NCBI RefSeq assembly: GCF_006345805.1
Contig: NC_043001.1
Span: 111,228,001 to 111,292,000 of the forward strand
Direction: 5' to 3'
Length of the DNA: 64,000 bases
From: Octopus sinensis
Lineage: Eukaryota
Under the pieces are notes generated by a model, which was not told the DNA's origin, did not search any database, and was given only the letters and a program-made list of their open reading frames with translations. This document shows, piece by piece, positions 1-12,127 of the stretch. The translations under genes were made by a program, and so were the position numbers. The first letter of the stretch is position 1. Each line of letters begins with the position of its first letter.

Positions 1-720
1 TCACTAAGAGACAAAAATGTATGCGTACATGTGTGTATGTACGCGCGCGTGTTTGTGTGCACGTTTGATTAACTTGCAGTTTTAATTGCAAAATATCTTA
101 GCCAATTTAATGTCAGTAAGGGAGTAACGCTTAAGCAATAGGAATAAAGAATATATTTCTAAAATGAATGTTTACATTCTAAGTCGGCGAGCTGGCAGGA
201 GCGCTAGCGCACCAGGCGAAATGCTTAACAATATTTCGTCTGTCTTTACGCTCTCAGCGCTGGTCTTGTTGCATGGTATAATCATGGGCGTGTTTTATTG
301 TAGATAATGTTGAGCATTGTTAAAGTTAAAGTGCTGCTTCTCGGACTGCTCTCGCGAGAACGTTTGATTAGTGGAGATATTAAAGCATCAAACAAAATAC
401 CTTGCACGATTTTCCGGCGCTGTTGCGTCTGATCTGAATTTAAACCCTTCTGAGATCAGATTTTATCCATCTTCCTCGAGAGGTTAATAAACATGTTTAG
501 CAACGAATATTCTCAGGTGAAGCCTTCCCCTCATTACGTTTTATGTTTTCACTCTTTCAAAGGTCGGCTGTCTATGTCATCGATTCATTTCGCGAAACTC
601 TAAACAGAAATAAAAGCATGAAGTATAGTTCTATAAAGCCGTATTCAAATTCAATTCATGGTGAGGAAAAGAAAATATGGTGTTAAAAATACTGATGTGT
701 GCTACACGTTTATTAGTTTA

Positions 721-1410
721 CATGGTCTGATCAATAAGTATCCGAACTGTTGCTATAGGAGCGAAGCTAAAGCACGGAGAATGAAGCCGCCTGGTACAGA
801 TTGACTATAAACTCTGTTGTGCATGTGCACGAATATTTGACATTCTAGCGCACTCCCGCTGTTTACAGCAGTGCTTGGATGCAAGGTTTATAGCGTGTGA
901 TCGTCGCAAGGACAATGGCTCAAAAAGTTGAGCAGAGGATCTGTACCAAATTTTGCCAGCTTTGCGATACCTGCTCAGAGGCCTACGCAAATTTTTCAAA
1001 AATTTTCATCGTTCTCCACACTATCAAGATCTTGTGCAACTGTCACCCGAGAGTCCTTTTGGTCCGCTGAAATCGGTTTTGTCACACTTTTGGCAGACGC
1101 GGTTCTCTCTCCCACATCCTCAGTGATTAAGTTCTGAAATGAACCGTAACTAATCTGCACATCCTGTGATAACTCACGGACGGTGATTCAACGATTTTAC
1201 TTCAGATTTGCAAGCAACCCCTCTGCGATGTTTTTTTCACTTCTGATGGTTGCATGTCTCCGAGAACATTCGCCAATATCTTCATTTTTTAGGCCATCTT
1301 CGAAACGTCAGAACCACTCGTACACTTGTGTGTGGCTCATACACTCCTCTCCATACACATTCTGCAACTTTGCATAGGCTTCTGAACAGGTATCGCCATG
1401 AGAACTTTGT
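721..1410. mobile_element. Mariner remnant with internal orientation switch
   Basis: TA followed by TIR-like catggtctgatcaataagtatcc at 721. Plus strand 915-991 encodes MAQKVEQRICTKFCQ..DTCSEAY. Minus strand 1400-992 encodes GDTCSEAYAKLQNVYGEECMSHTQVYEWF..ITVRELSQDVQISYGS..DQKDSRVTVAQDL..DENF, typical of a mariner N-terminus. Confidence 0.8.
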
Positions 1411-2166
1411 GATGGTCAATGCGACGATCGTCAAAGCATAACAAGCAGGAGAAAGAACGATAGCACACTACAACGGTAAGCAGTACAAAACATGATACGT
1501 GGAGCCTTCGCACCCAATTCAGTTGGAGTCGGGAATGTCAACGTAGTTTCACCCAATCTTCTCAGATACTACTAGAAACCAGTTAGGTCAAGGGTTTAAG
1601 CTGAAGGCATTAAGCCCCTGAGCAAAGTACGTTAATGTACATATACAAACACAACAAAATAACAAACAGGAAGTGTCTTTCGACTATCGGACGGATGTAA
1701 CATAATAAATAAGAATTATACATATAGAATGGATAAAATCTTTTTCGGCTATACAAAGAAAACTAAAACTAAACAAAAGCAACGGGTTTATGGAGATCTA
1801 TGTAGTAACAGTACTGAATAGTAAAGTTTATATGCAAAGATAACGTAGAAGTCCTGAATAGGACTATCTTATTATTTTTAACCCGTTACGTTGGCAAATA
1901 AGCTTTACTATACATATATATATATATTATATTAAATTAGAGATAAAACTACTAATCTTTTATTAAACTTTTAATAATTTTGATATATATTTAAAATAAT
2001 ATAAATTAATTAATTTTATGTATTGGCTTAAGTTTGTCATTGTTTGATTTGCATAATAGTGGTTTTATCTCTAATTTAATTTAATATAATATTTTACTAT
2101 AAAATTGGATTCAATCCTAAATCTGATTTTTCCCTGTAAGTTTGGATTTATTCCCCAATATTTTAT

Positions 2167-2201
<35 letters not shown>

Positions 2202-2234
2202 TAGAGAATATTAAGGAGCCAGAATAAATGTAAT

Positions 2235-2752
2235 AGGAAGGCACTAAAATTGTTTGAAGACTTCCTGTATATGGAAGCAAAGATTGGGAACACAGAGGGT
2301 GATATAATTGAGAGGAAGAACAAAGTCTGGGTGGCATTCCACAGTTTGAGATCTGAATGGAATTCGAAACTTCATAAAGTCCTGAAGATCCGTCTCTTCG
2401 TTGCTATTGTGTTACACGAGAATGCTGAGGATGGCTCTGAACATTAATTAGTATAAGCTGAGGATGAAGAGCTCAGTGCTGTACGAAAGCCTCCCAAATA
2501 CACAGCTCGAAAATAACACAGAGGAGACTGAGGTTTGCCGGACAAACCTCACCGTTATTCAGAGTTGATACTGCGGTCAGTGATCCCGTGGAAGCACTTA
2601 CATGGACACAGTAGAAGAGAGACCGATGATGACATATGTTGATACTCGAACGACAGACATTGGTCCCTGGGAGTGACATGACATGATAGAGATGATGAGG
2701 GACAAAGACCGCTGGAGAGAATCCGTCTATGGATCTCTGGATATACCCGACC

Positions 2753-2756
<4 letters not shown>
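2235..2756 (+). mobile_element. RTE-clade LINE 3' fragment (decayed RT C-terminal region)
   Basis: Frameshifted translation [59 protein letters not shown] resembles the RTE ORF2 C-terminus; ends at (TA)n. Confidence 0.7.
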
Positions 2757-2843
<87 letters not shown>

Positions 2844-2934
2844 CTATATATACACATGTGTATATATATTTATACATGTATGTATGTATGTAATTATGTA
2901 CTTATGTATGAAATGAATGTGTATTGCATATATA

Positions 2935-2973
<39 letters not shown>

Positions 2974-2974
<1 letters not shown>

Positions 2975-4068
2975 GAGGGGCGTTCAATAAGTAATGTCCC
3001 TGACCCACTTCCCATAGCAGTAGAGCAACGACACTTGGCACAATTATTAGTCTTTTCCTACATAGGAACTACCCAGAGTTATGCATTTCTCCAATCGTTT
3101 GATACAGCTCTGGAGACCGTTTTTGTAGAAGACCCCAGCTTGGTCCTCCAACCACGACGTGACTTCAGAAATCAAGGCTGCATCATCTGGGAAACGCTTT
3201 CCTTTCAAAATCACCTTCATGGCTGGGAAGAGGTGAAAATCAGAGGGTGCAAGGGGAGGAGTTCATAACTGCAGGAAATCTGCCAGGAAATCTGTCGTCA
3301 CTACTCCGTCCTGGTCCCAGAAGACTGTGAGCATAATCTTGTCAGCGGAGGGCTGCACCCTTGCCTTCTTTGGAGGAGGTGAGTCAGGGTGCTTTCACTG
3401 CATTGACTGGGCTTTGGTCTATGGATCGTACCGATGGACCCAGGTTTTATCCTATGTGATCAGTCTTTTGAAAAATGTTGACTCATCTTCTTGGCACATC
3501 TCCAAATTCATCCTCGAGCACTCAACGCGTTCTTGCTTCTGGAAAGGTGTGAGCAACCTGGAAATCCATCTGGCAGACACCTTTTGCATATGCAAATGGT
3601 CATGAATGATAGTTTCCACAGACCCGGTACTAATCTTGACCTTATGGGCTATTTGGCGAATAGTTATGCGTTGACCTTCCAACATGGCAGCCTCAACTTG
3701 ACGGACAGACGTCTCATCAACGACAGAAGGGGGCGACCAGATCTGGGAGCTGTTTCCACAGAGTTCCGACTATGTTTGAACTCACAATGCCAGCGTTTTA
3801 CAAGGTCATATGATGGGGCATCATCACCATGAGTTACTTTCATTTCATTAAAAGTATCCCGTCGTGTGCGTCCTTTCAAATACAAAAACCAGATCACTGC
3901 TCGACACTCAACAGGCTCCATTTCACACTTGACTCAGGAACCACAATTAGTTCAGAGCTGTAATTCGCCACTTAATCTATAGAGGTATAAATAAGTGCAC
4001 ATGCAAAATTTCAGCTAGATGAAACAACTGCAAGTGGGTCAGGGGCATTACCTATTGAACGTCCCTCG
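2974..4068 (-). mobile_element. Mariner (DD34D-type) transposon, both TIRs present, internally deleted
   Basis: ~37-bp TIRs (cgaggggcgttcaataagtaatgtccctgacccac / gtgggtcaggggcattacctattgaacgtccctcg), TA on both sides, inside (TA)n. Confidence 0.95.
3047..3921 (-). pseudogene. Mariner transposase pseudogene
   Basis: MEPVECRAVIWFLYLKG..RSGRP, RITIRQIA..KVSARWISRLLT, TWVHRYDP, KIMLTVFWD, LAPSDFHLFP. Frameshift, stops and a deletion near 3280 that removes the second catalytic D region. Confidence 0.92.
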
Positions 4069-4075
4069 TATATAT

Positions 4076-4131
<56 letters not shown>

Positions 4132-4312
4132 ATAAGTGTATGTGGCACTCGTGCACCCTATTGAGACTAGTAAGAAACAATTATGAACTTTTTTATTACG
4201 CTTAACTTTTAAAAATATTTTTGATAAGTTTCGTTTTTTTTCAAGAAGAACTGAAATATGTAAAACCTCTAAGAAAATTAAAATTTTCCTTATATAGTGG
4301 TGTTTTCAAACT

Positions 4313-4368
<56 letters not shown>

Positions 4369-4454
4369 CTCTCATACGCACTAATACTCTCTCATACACA
4401 CACACCCTTATGTTGGAGCTGGTCACTCAACCCTATTATCTCCCCTAATTTCGC

Positions 4455-4707
4455 TCTCGCGTCTCATGTTTGATCTTTGACTTCTGGCCGAAATCAGATC
4501 GCCATGTTGGTTCTTTAGTTACTGCACGCATTTTTTTCTCTCCTTCTTTCTGTGTTTTTTTCTCTCTGTGTATCTTTCTGTTGAAGAGCGTAGGCTCGAA
4601 ACGTTAAAGACTTGTTTTATTTATATTTCCTGAGCGCCATACTAATACAATTGTTTGTTTGTTTTCCACCTGCCTTCGTCTTTTGTCTATTTTCATAAAG
4701 CTTCCCG

Positions 4708-4710
<3 letters not shown>
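4455..4710 (+). mobile_element. Penelope-like terminal-repeat (pLTR) remnant, family HH-A
   Basis: Homologous to 23440-23594(+), 28241-28452(-) and 40600-40725(+); contains a minimal hammerhead-like motif. Confidence 0.6.
4573..4610 (+). ncRNA. Minimal type I hammerhead-like ribozyme (variant core)
   Basis: TCTTT-CTGTTGAA-GAGC(GTAG)GCTC-GAAAC-GT-T-AAAGA: stem I TCTTT/AAAGA, stem II 4 bp, palindromic ACGT stem III. Confidence 0.6.
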
Positions 4711-4750
<40 letters not shown>

Positions 4751-5677
4751 GTAGTACTGTGTGTCGATCGTTTTGTCGCACCGACTCTGATATGCGTAGT
4801 ACTTAGTGATGATGGAGGACTGCGGAAATCTGAAAGAACTAGCGTATGGGGAGCTGAGGAATGGTAATTGGGTAGCACCAACCTCAAAATTTTATGCTTT
4901 GTCACTACAGTTGAAAAGATCATTATCGTTGTCATTTATTTCGACAATCGTGTACGTTCCATATTCTGTATCCTCGCCAACTTGAATGAGCAAGTACCGG
5001 GCAATTGTGGGTCTACCGTTGTTGTCTACAGTGTTTCGCTCTTGTATAATAAACATTTTCCTAGTATTCTGGTCAAAGTATGAGCATACTTCTCATCGAC
5101 TATAGTTGCCGAATAATTATGTCCGCGTAGTTACACTGTGAATATGCAAAATTAGCCGATAGAATTTTTCTGATAATTTTATCCCGAAGGACCTACTGCA
5201 GTAGGATTCGCTTAACGTCTCGTTTCTTGTCTCATTATTGTCTTCGTACAGAATTTGTGACAAAGCAGTGTCATGTGCACTCAGAACCAGACATTTCGTG
5301 CCTGGTTTTAGCCAAGAGCTTTCGTGTGATTGATATCACTCGAACGTGCTTCCTTTCACTTTATCGATCCCACAAAAGCCTTTGGCAATACTTAGATTTG
5401 TTTTACTCGTCTTATCAGTCTCTTTACTTGTTTTTTAATATTGTAAGTTGTCTGTCCTATTTATCTGAAGATTTTGCGACGATGTAATTAACTTATAGTT
5501 GTTCATGGTGCTTCTCTCTGCACTGCGAGGAATGTTTTTTTTATGTGTGCGTCTGTTTGTATGTTTATGTGCGTGCGCGTGTGCGCGTGTGTGTATGTTT
5601 GTGTGTGTGCGTTTGTGTGTGCACGAGTGTGTTTGTGTGTGTTTCTGTCTCTCACTCTCTCTCTCTCTCTCTCACTT

Positions 5678-5848
5678 TATGATCTCGTTGTGGATATGAA
5701 TGGATGATCTGGCAGGAGCAGCTTGGCGCTGCGTATTTGTCGTCGCTATTTCGACGCTGACATATTTGACATCAACAATTTTAATTTCTTTCTCTCTCCC
5801 TCAAAGCCATATTATTTCTCTTCCTCTCTTTCTCTGTCCTACACTCTC

Positions 5849-5916
<68 letters not shown>

Positions 5917-6050
5917 CACTCTGTATGATCTCATAGTAGGTATGAAGTGATGTCCTGGCAGTCACCTTGGCACTGCTTATTTGACGGCGCTGATTCGAGG
6001 CTGACTTATTTGACATAAATTTTTTTTATTTCTCGCTTTCTCAATTACAT
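5678..6050. repeat. Diverged local direct duplication (~115-bp unique unit) separated by (CT)n
   Basis: tatgatctcgttgtggatatgaatggatgatctggcagg..cttggcgctgcgtatttg.. versus tatgatctcatagtaggtatgaagtgatgtcctggcag..cttggcactgcttatttg.. Confidence 0.7.
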
Positions 6051-6768
6051 ACCTTCTCTCTTCTTCTCTTTCTCTCTCCCTTCTCTCTCCCCTACTCTCC
6101 TTCTGTTTATATATCTGAACATATTTCTCCTTATGCACCTGAGGAGGGGGAACATTTTTATGTCACCCCTGCTCAATTAATCAATTGCAATATCTCTTTC
6201 ACCCTCGCTTTCTCGTTCTTCCTCTCTCTCTCTCACCATGTCTCCCCATATTTTTCTCTCTCACTTTCCTTCTTTATCACCTCCTATCCCTCTCTCTCTC
6301 TCTTTCTCGCTCTCACTCACACCCTTCCTCTACCCTTCACCCTCCTTCTCTCTCATTTACCCCCTCACTCGCTCTCTCCTTCCCACTCTCTGCTTCTTTT
6401 TATCTATACATGTATATTTCTGAGCGTGCGTGTGATTGTGTATGTTTGTCTCCAGTGGCAAAAAGTACTGACGCCGAAAAAGGCTGGAAGTTCAGTCAGC
6501 AGTTCCAAATCTTCAGCATTTAAACAACTGATCCATTCCCCCCATATTATTTGTTAAATTTCTATTGATTTAATTGTCTATATACCGTAGTGTTTGTTGC
6601 AACGCGGTGGTATTTTGTTATGTATGTTCAGTTTATTCTTAATTGTGTGGAGAAAAAGTACATCCTATTTACATCAATTCCTGGCAGTGATTTAAGAGTG
6701 CTAAGCTAGCTGCCCTATTCTAATTTTATAAACTGTTCAATCTATTTAGCATCCATTTGATTCCTCTT

Positions 6769-7178
6769 CGAGGAATGTAAAGACGCAGACATTTTCCAAT
6801 CGAATTCGGATGTAGAAGATTCGTTGGAAAAAGTGTGAAGCGACTGTTGTTATCGTTAGGCCTAACTCATCGTAAAGTTAATACCACCATGAACGTTATC
6901 CAAACTACAATGGAAAAGGCTAGCCACTGGATTTGGTTGAACAGAGACGATAAGTGATTACTAAAAGAATATGGAGCTTTATTTGATAACCAGTTGATCT
7001 AGCAAACGGGGCTTCATATCAGTGAGGTGGCGGGGGAGCGGTGAGCAATGATGCCGTCGAGAGGTAGGCCCCGAAACGATCGTCTTTCTTCCTGATGATC
7101 CCATCCACATGCTGGCTTCCGGTATGCAGAGCTTTCCACTGGGAACACTTGCATGAGCAAGTTGTTTACAAAACAACC
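6769..7178 (+). mobile_element. HERO-like RLE non-LTR retrotransposon 3' fragment
   Basis: 6793-6957 translates FPIEFGCRRFVGKSVKRLLLSLGLTHRKVNTTMNVIQTTMEKASHWIWLNRDDK*, matching the PxExGCRGF...EKASxWxW C-terminal signature; followed by a ~220-nt putative 3' UTR. Confidence 0.75.
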
Positions 7179-7180
7179 TC

Positions 7181-7600
7181 TTACTCTTTACTCTTTTACT
7201 TGTTTCAGTCATTTGACTGAGGCCATGCTGGAGCACCGCCTTTAATTGAACAGCTCGACCCCGGGACTTATTCTTTGTAAGCCCAGTACTTATTCTATCG
7301 GTCTCTTTTTGCCGAACCGCTAAGTGACGGGGACGTAAACACACCAGCATCGGTTGTCAAGCAATGCTAGGGGGACAAACACAGACACACAAACATACAC
7401 ACATACAAATATATATATATATATATATAATATATATATATATATATCCGACAGGCTTCTTTCAGTTTCCGTCTACCAAATCCACTCACAAGGCATTGGT
7501 CGGTCCGAGGCTATAGCAGAAGACACTTGCCTAAGATGCTACGCAGTGGGACTAACCCGGAACCATGTGGTTGATAAGCAAGCTACTTATCCACAGTCGT
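7181..7600 (-). mobile_element. tRNA-derived SINE, family A (octopus-type)
   Basis: Matches the other family A copies; (AAGAGTA)n tail, internal (CA)/(TA) tract, tRNA-like head with B box GGTTCC/AGTCCC. Confidence 0.9.
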
Positions 7601-7734
7601 ATTCAACACACCAGGTTGAATATTTTTCATTCTTTTTTGGGGGGGGGGATTTTGGTGGGATATGATACTAGGCCGAGAGAAAACGTCCGTGCGCCATGTT
7701 AAAATAACGATATGTTATGCAAGAATTCATTCAA

Positions 7735-8140
7735 ACACAACAGCAACCATTCTTCAAAAAACGACCATCATTTTCCACTACCATCTGCCAACCATCTGCA
7801 AGTTTTCGGATTTGGTCAAAGTACCGATCCTTCGGCTTTGAATCGAAAAATTCTTGACAGGATTCTTCAACTTCGTCGAATATCTCAAATCGGCGATGTT
7901 TCGCAAAGTGCGAAAGGTACCGTAGTCAGATGGAGGAACTTCCACACCGTCCAATTCTTCGGTCATGTTGTTGGTCTTTCTGGCGGTATGCGGCTTTGTA
8001 TTGTCTTGTTGAAACAAAGCACGTTTTATTCGAACAAGTCATGGGTACTTTTCAACTAGCCCATCGAAGATTCCATCAAGTTGCCCGCAGTCAAGGTGTA
8101 GCCTTGATGGTGCGACTATTCCGCACAAGTTCGCGGCACG
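7735..8140 (-). mobile_element. Mariner transposase 3' fragment
   Basis: FQQDNTKPHTARKT..ELDGVEV..PSDYGTFR, a decayed QDNA.PH / PSDY signature. Confidence 0.8.
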
Positions 8141-8342
8141 AACTTTGTCCCCGACCTAATAATTTACAATTCCTTTTAATATATATCAACGATGGCGTTT
8201 ATGAATTGTTTACTGTTTCTGAGCTAGACAAAGGCGTGAATGGAATATTCAGATGAAGTATAAGTAAATGGCTCAGATAGGCTTAAAATGTACAAAATGA
8301 AGATAAGATAGGCTTTTGGTAAAAACACAAAACAGATACCTA

Positions 8343-8455
8343 TAGGCGCAGGCGTGACTGTGTGGTAAGAAACTTGCTTCCCAACCACATGGGTCCGGGT
8401 TCAGTCCCACTGCCTCGGGCCGGGCAGACAGAAACTGAAAGAACTTCGTCCTATC
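8343..8455 (+). mobile_element. SINE family A 5' fragment, internally deleted
   Basis: taggcgcaggcgtgactgtgtggtaag..gggttcagtcccactgc..gaaactgaaagaa. Confidence 0.8.
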
Positions 8456-8504
8456 TGCTTGTACAGAGCTTTATCTTTCCAATCTTCCATCCTACACAAG
8501 CCTT

Positions 8505-8850
8505 ACCATCTTATTTCCTGCTCCATATCTAAGGAGTGAAACCATCCAGGTGTTGATAAATTCATTCTTATTCTGTCCGTTTACTTTCGACTCAAGGATC
8601 AGTCTCAGTCTGCAGAAGTACTCTACCTTAAATTTTTCTGCCATTTCTTTCTCTGCCAATTCATTCATTTCCAATATCCCTAAGTACCTATAGCGCATCT
8701 GTTCGATCTGCTTCATGCCCTCCCCCGACGGTGTCATTAGCTCGTCCATACATTTAATTTTGCCAATCTTCAAGACTAACACACTATATCTTTTCTGTCC
8801 GAACTTCATTCTTATATCAGCACTAAATGAAGCAACTCCCACCACGCCAG
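8505..8850 (-). mobile_element. Old R4/Dong-like RT remnant
   Basis: FSADIRMKFG..VLKIGKI..YRYLGILE..EYFCRLRLILESKVNGQNK..INTW..LRYGAG parallels FGDDIGMEFG..YKYLG..RRVRAVLKSELNARNK..INS in the 33-kb copy. Confidence 0.8.
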
Positions 8851-9644
8851 CCAAGGGGTCGGTTTGTTTTCTGTAATATGGACTAGAATTCACAATATAA
8901 AAAAGTTGGAAATCATCTGATATTTTAACGGTACATCCATTATGCACCTGGGTATTTTCGCTACATTTTATTAGTGATTGATATCAGGTCAAAAATGTAT
9001 TAGCTAGTCCTTAGAAAAACCCCACTGACTTTAATTTAACTATTTATCGATCATTAAATTCACTAAACTATTTATCTCTTTTATGCTAGAATATTCATCA
9101 AATATTTCAGGTATACACTATTTTGAACATAGGCAAGATTTGTGTTGAATATTTGTTTCTAGAAGCGGAAATTTAATTTCTGAAATCATTACCTCCTTCT
9201 TTCTTCCTAATTTTCCATAGGGCAATCAGCTGCACAAATAAGAATTCTTTATTCAATAGACATACCGATATAATTCCATTTTAGGTATGCGAATAATTCG
9301 ATTAATTGTCATCGGCAGCATTAGCGCTTTGCCAACAAATAAATTCCATTCAATGACCTGCATACAAAAGGGGAATGAATAATTAGTTTACGAATGTGGA
9401 AAAAAAATTATGAAATGGTTAATCAAAACGGAAGCATGTATTTTCTTTTTCTCTTTGGTAGAGTTGTTATAAAGAAAAGCTTCATGTTGGTATCCTAGAC
9501 TAAGATTATCAACATGTTTTATATTCATTTTAGTTGTTATTAAAAGATGTCATACAACTCTAGTTGAATAATAACCAACTGTGGTAGGGATTCTAACAGA
9601 AATGATACTTAATATACTCTCATAAGAGGCCGAGGACCTGCCAG

Positions 9645-9806
9645 GTTCGTCACCGCGCCGGGCAAAATGCTTAACGGCATTTCGTCCGGCTTTACTTTCT
9701 GAGATCAAATTCCGCTGAGGTCAACTTAGCTTTTCATCTTTTCGAGGTCGATAAAATAACTACCAATTAAGCACCGGAGTCAATGTAATCGGCCTATCCC
9801 TCCCCA
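9645..9806 (+). mobile_element. SINE family B, degraded
   Basis: gccgggcaaaatgcttaacggcatttcgtc..ctgagatcaaattccgctgaggtcaac..tcatcttttcgaggtcgataaaat. Confidence 0.75.
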
Positions 9807-12127
9807 CGAAAAATAATTACAGGCCATATACCAAAATTTGAAACCAATATACATTCAAAAGGCATGATTTTCGTATCATCGCATCTCCTCTAAGCAACAG
9901 TAGAATATTCTGCTAATTGCAATCAACTCATAATTGCTTAAATTGTTTTGGATGCTTGCATCGATACACCCCCAGTGTGGCCCAAGTTTTAGAAAATTGA
10001 TAAGACGAATGAAATTCAAGTTGAAGGCTACAGATGCAGAGGTGTATGAATCGTAGCATGAAGATAGATGGTATCGTGTTACATTGTTAGATGAATTCCG
10101 TAAACGTGTGATAACAGTGTAAAAGTCAATGGAGTTTTATCAATCACATATTTAATTTACCAAGCCAATAATTAAAACGAAATCATCGTGAGCGAGAATT
10201 TTTCGTTTACAATGTTGATTTCACATTGATTTTCAAATATGCTCCAAAAAGATTGTCAAACGTAAATATTTACATACGGACATTGATATTTTTATATACT
10301 ATCTCATTTGACTTCGCCATCCAGAGTTCCATTCTTCTACATGATTCTGCATCATACTGGAGTACGGTGTAAATTTTGGATTCCATAATCCTCAGTAGTA
10401 CGGTTTATAAATATTAATACATTTGTAAAGAAATACTAAAATATGGGATTGCCAAATCTAGATACTTAACATATATATATAACGCAGACCAACTAAATGG
10501 ATTACACAAATTTCATTTTACAACCTAAATAATAACATGTCTGTCTACTGCAGAGTATTAACTGTTACCAATAGTAAATAATTTGTAAGTGAGGACATAG
10601 ATTTCGTCCAGAAGAACTTGCTAATGACTGTGTTATATAGTAATATATTCACAGGCAGCAGATGCATTTTCAGATAAATGAATCATCGTCGTCATGCTTT
10701 CAACATAATCTGATAAAGAAAACGAAAAGTGTGAACTGTCATATGACCCTGCACCGACGCCATTACTTTGAAGAATTTCTCTGAAAGAGTAACAGAATTC
10801 CATAATGTTGTTAATAATCTGTATAATAACATAATATTTTAACCGGTACTACCTGGATGAAAGGGACGTTGTTGTACTTAGGCATTATTACAGCTTTCAC
10901 TTTTGACTACGTAATGTGGGATTTCTCCCAAAGGAAACGTAAAATAACCGTTTCCTCTTTGAACTTCCTACGAAACGCAACAAAAGAAGAAATTAACATA
11001 GCATAAACATGTAATAACTCTTTGCTCGACTGCATTATTTCCTCCTTATTCGATTATTCACATTGCTGCTTGAGAAAATAAAAGGAAGGAAATCATTTTG
11101 ATGTAACAATATTTATAGTAACAAATCGTTAATCTAATTAAAACCATATATTAAATTGCAAATGTTAGCAATATGCAAATATAACCATGGACGATGTTGT
11201 ATATTTTTTTGTCTTAATTTCGTAGGATGCTTTCCGTTTTATAACTAAACTATGAAATTGAAATTCTACGATTTTATGTTTCTGAGGCAATTTTAGAAGC
11301 CAATCGTTCATTCTGTTGTTTTTTTATAATTAAAAGACGCTGTATAAAATTTGGTCAATAATGTATATGTATTTAACGAGAGTTATCCTTCATGAGGTGT
11401 ACCAGATTTCATGACAGCGGTTCTTTGAATATTCAGTTTTGAGACATTTTTGAGAATGTCCAAGGAACATTAGTAATTAATTAAACGGTCAATACCAAAA
11501 GTTTACACAGTGAGTTAAATTACAATTGAAGCCCCTATATAACTTCAGTCCTCCAATTAAAATCTTTTTTTTGTTTTTGTTACTGAAAATCAATATAAAA
11601 AATGGCGGATAAATGACCAAACCATTCACTGAGTTTTTCAGATATGCTTATTTCTATAACATTACATACATAATGCTCGGTGCTTTTTAATGTAACTATA
11701 CTGCATATTTAATTCACGTCTACCAGAAGCATATAAATACACACTTCCAAGGTTAGTCTAATTTCAATAAAATCATATTATCTGTAAAAGATCAGATTTC
11801 TTTCGAATTCATTGACCAATAACTTTATATACTAGTCATCAATCAATAAAGTAATTTTCACATGATTTTTTTGAAATCCAATTATTGATATGGTCCTACA
11901 ACTAGCAATTATATAAAGCAGCGAGTAGCAAGAAAAAAATACGAGATAAAAAAGCATTTGGCGGAGATTTTCCATTATTAATTTCATTGCTCTCTCATGC
12001 TTTTATAGAATTAGACTTTGAGCAGACAGTGAAAAGAAACAGCATATTGTTGTATTCTTATTTAAGGATGGTTTCAGAATAACATTACTAGAGGAAAATC
12101 TGGCGTCTGCGCGTGAGTATGTATATA

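Noticed and set aside
9193-9360. Splice-like signals on both strands (also 10640-10790, 14393-14470 and 63645-63810)
   Set aside because: Conflicting strands, stops in most frames, no recognisable peptide; expected by chance in AT-rich DNA.
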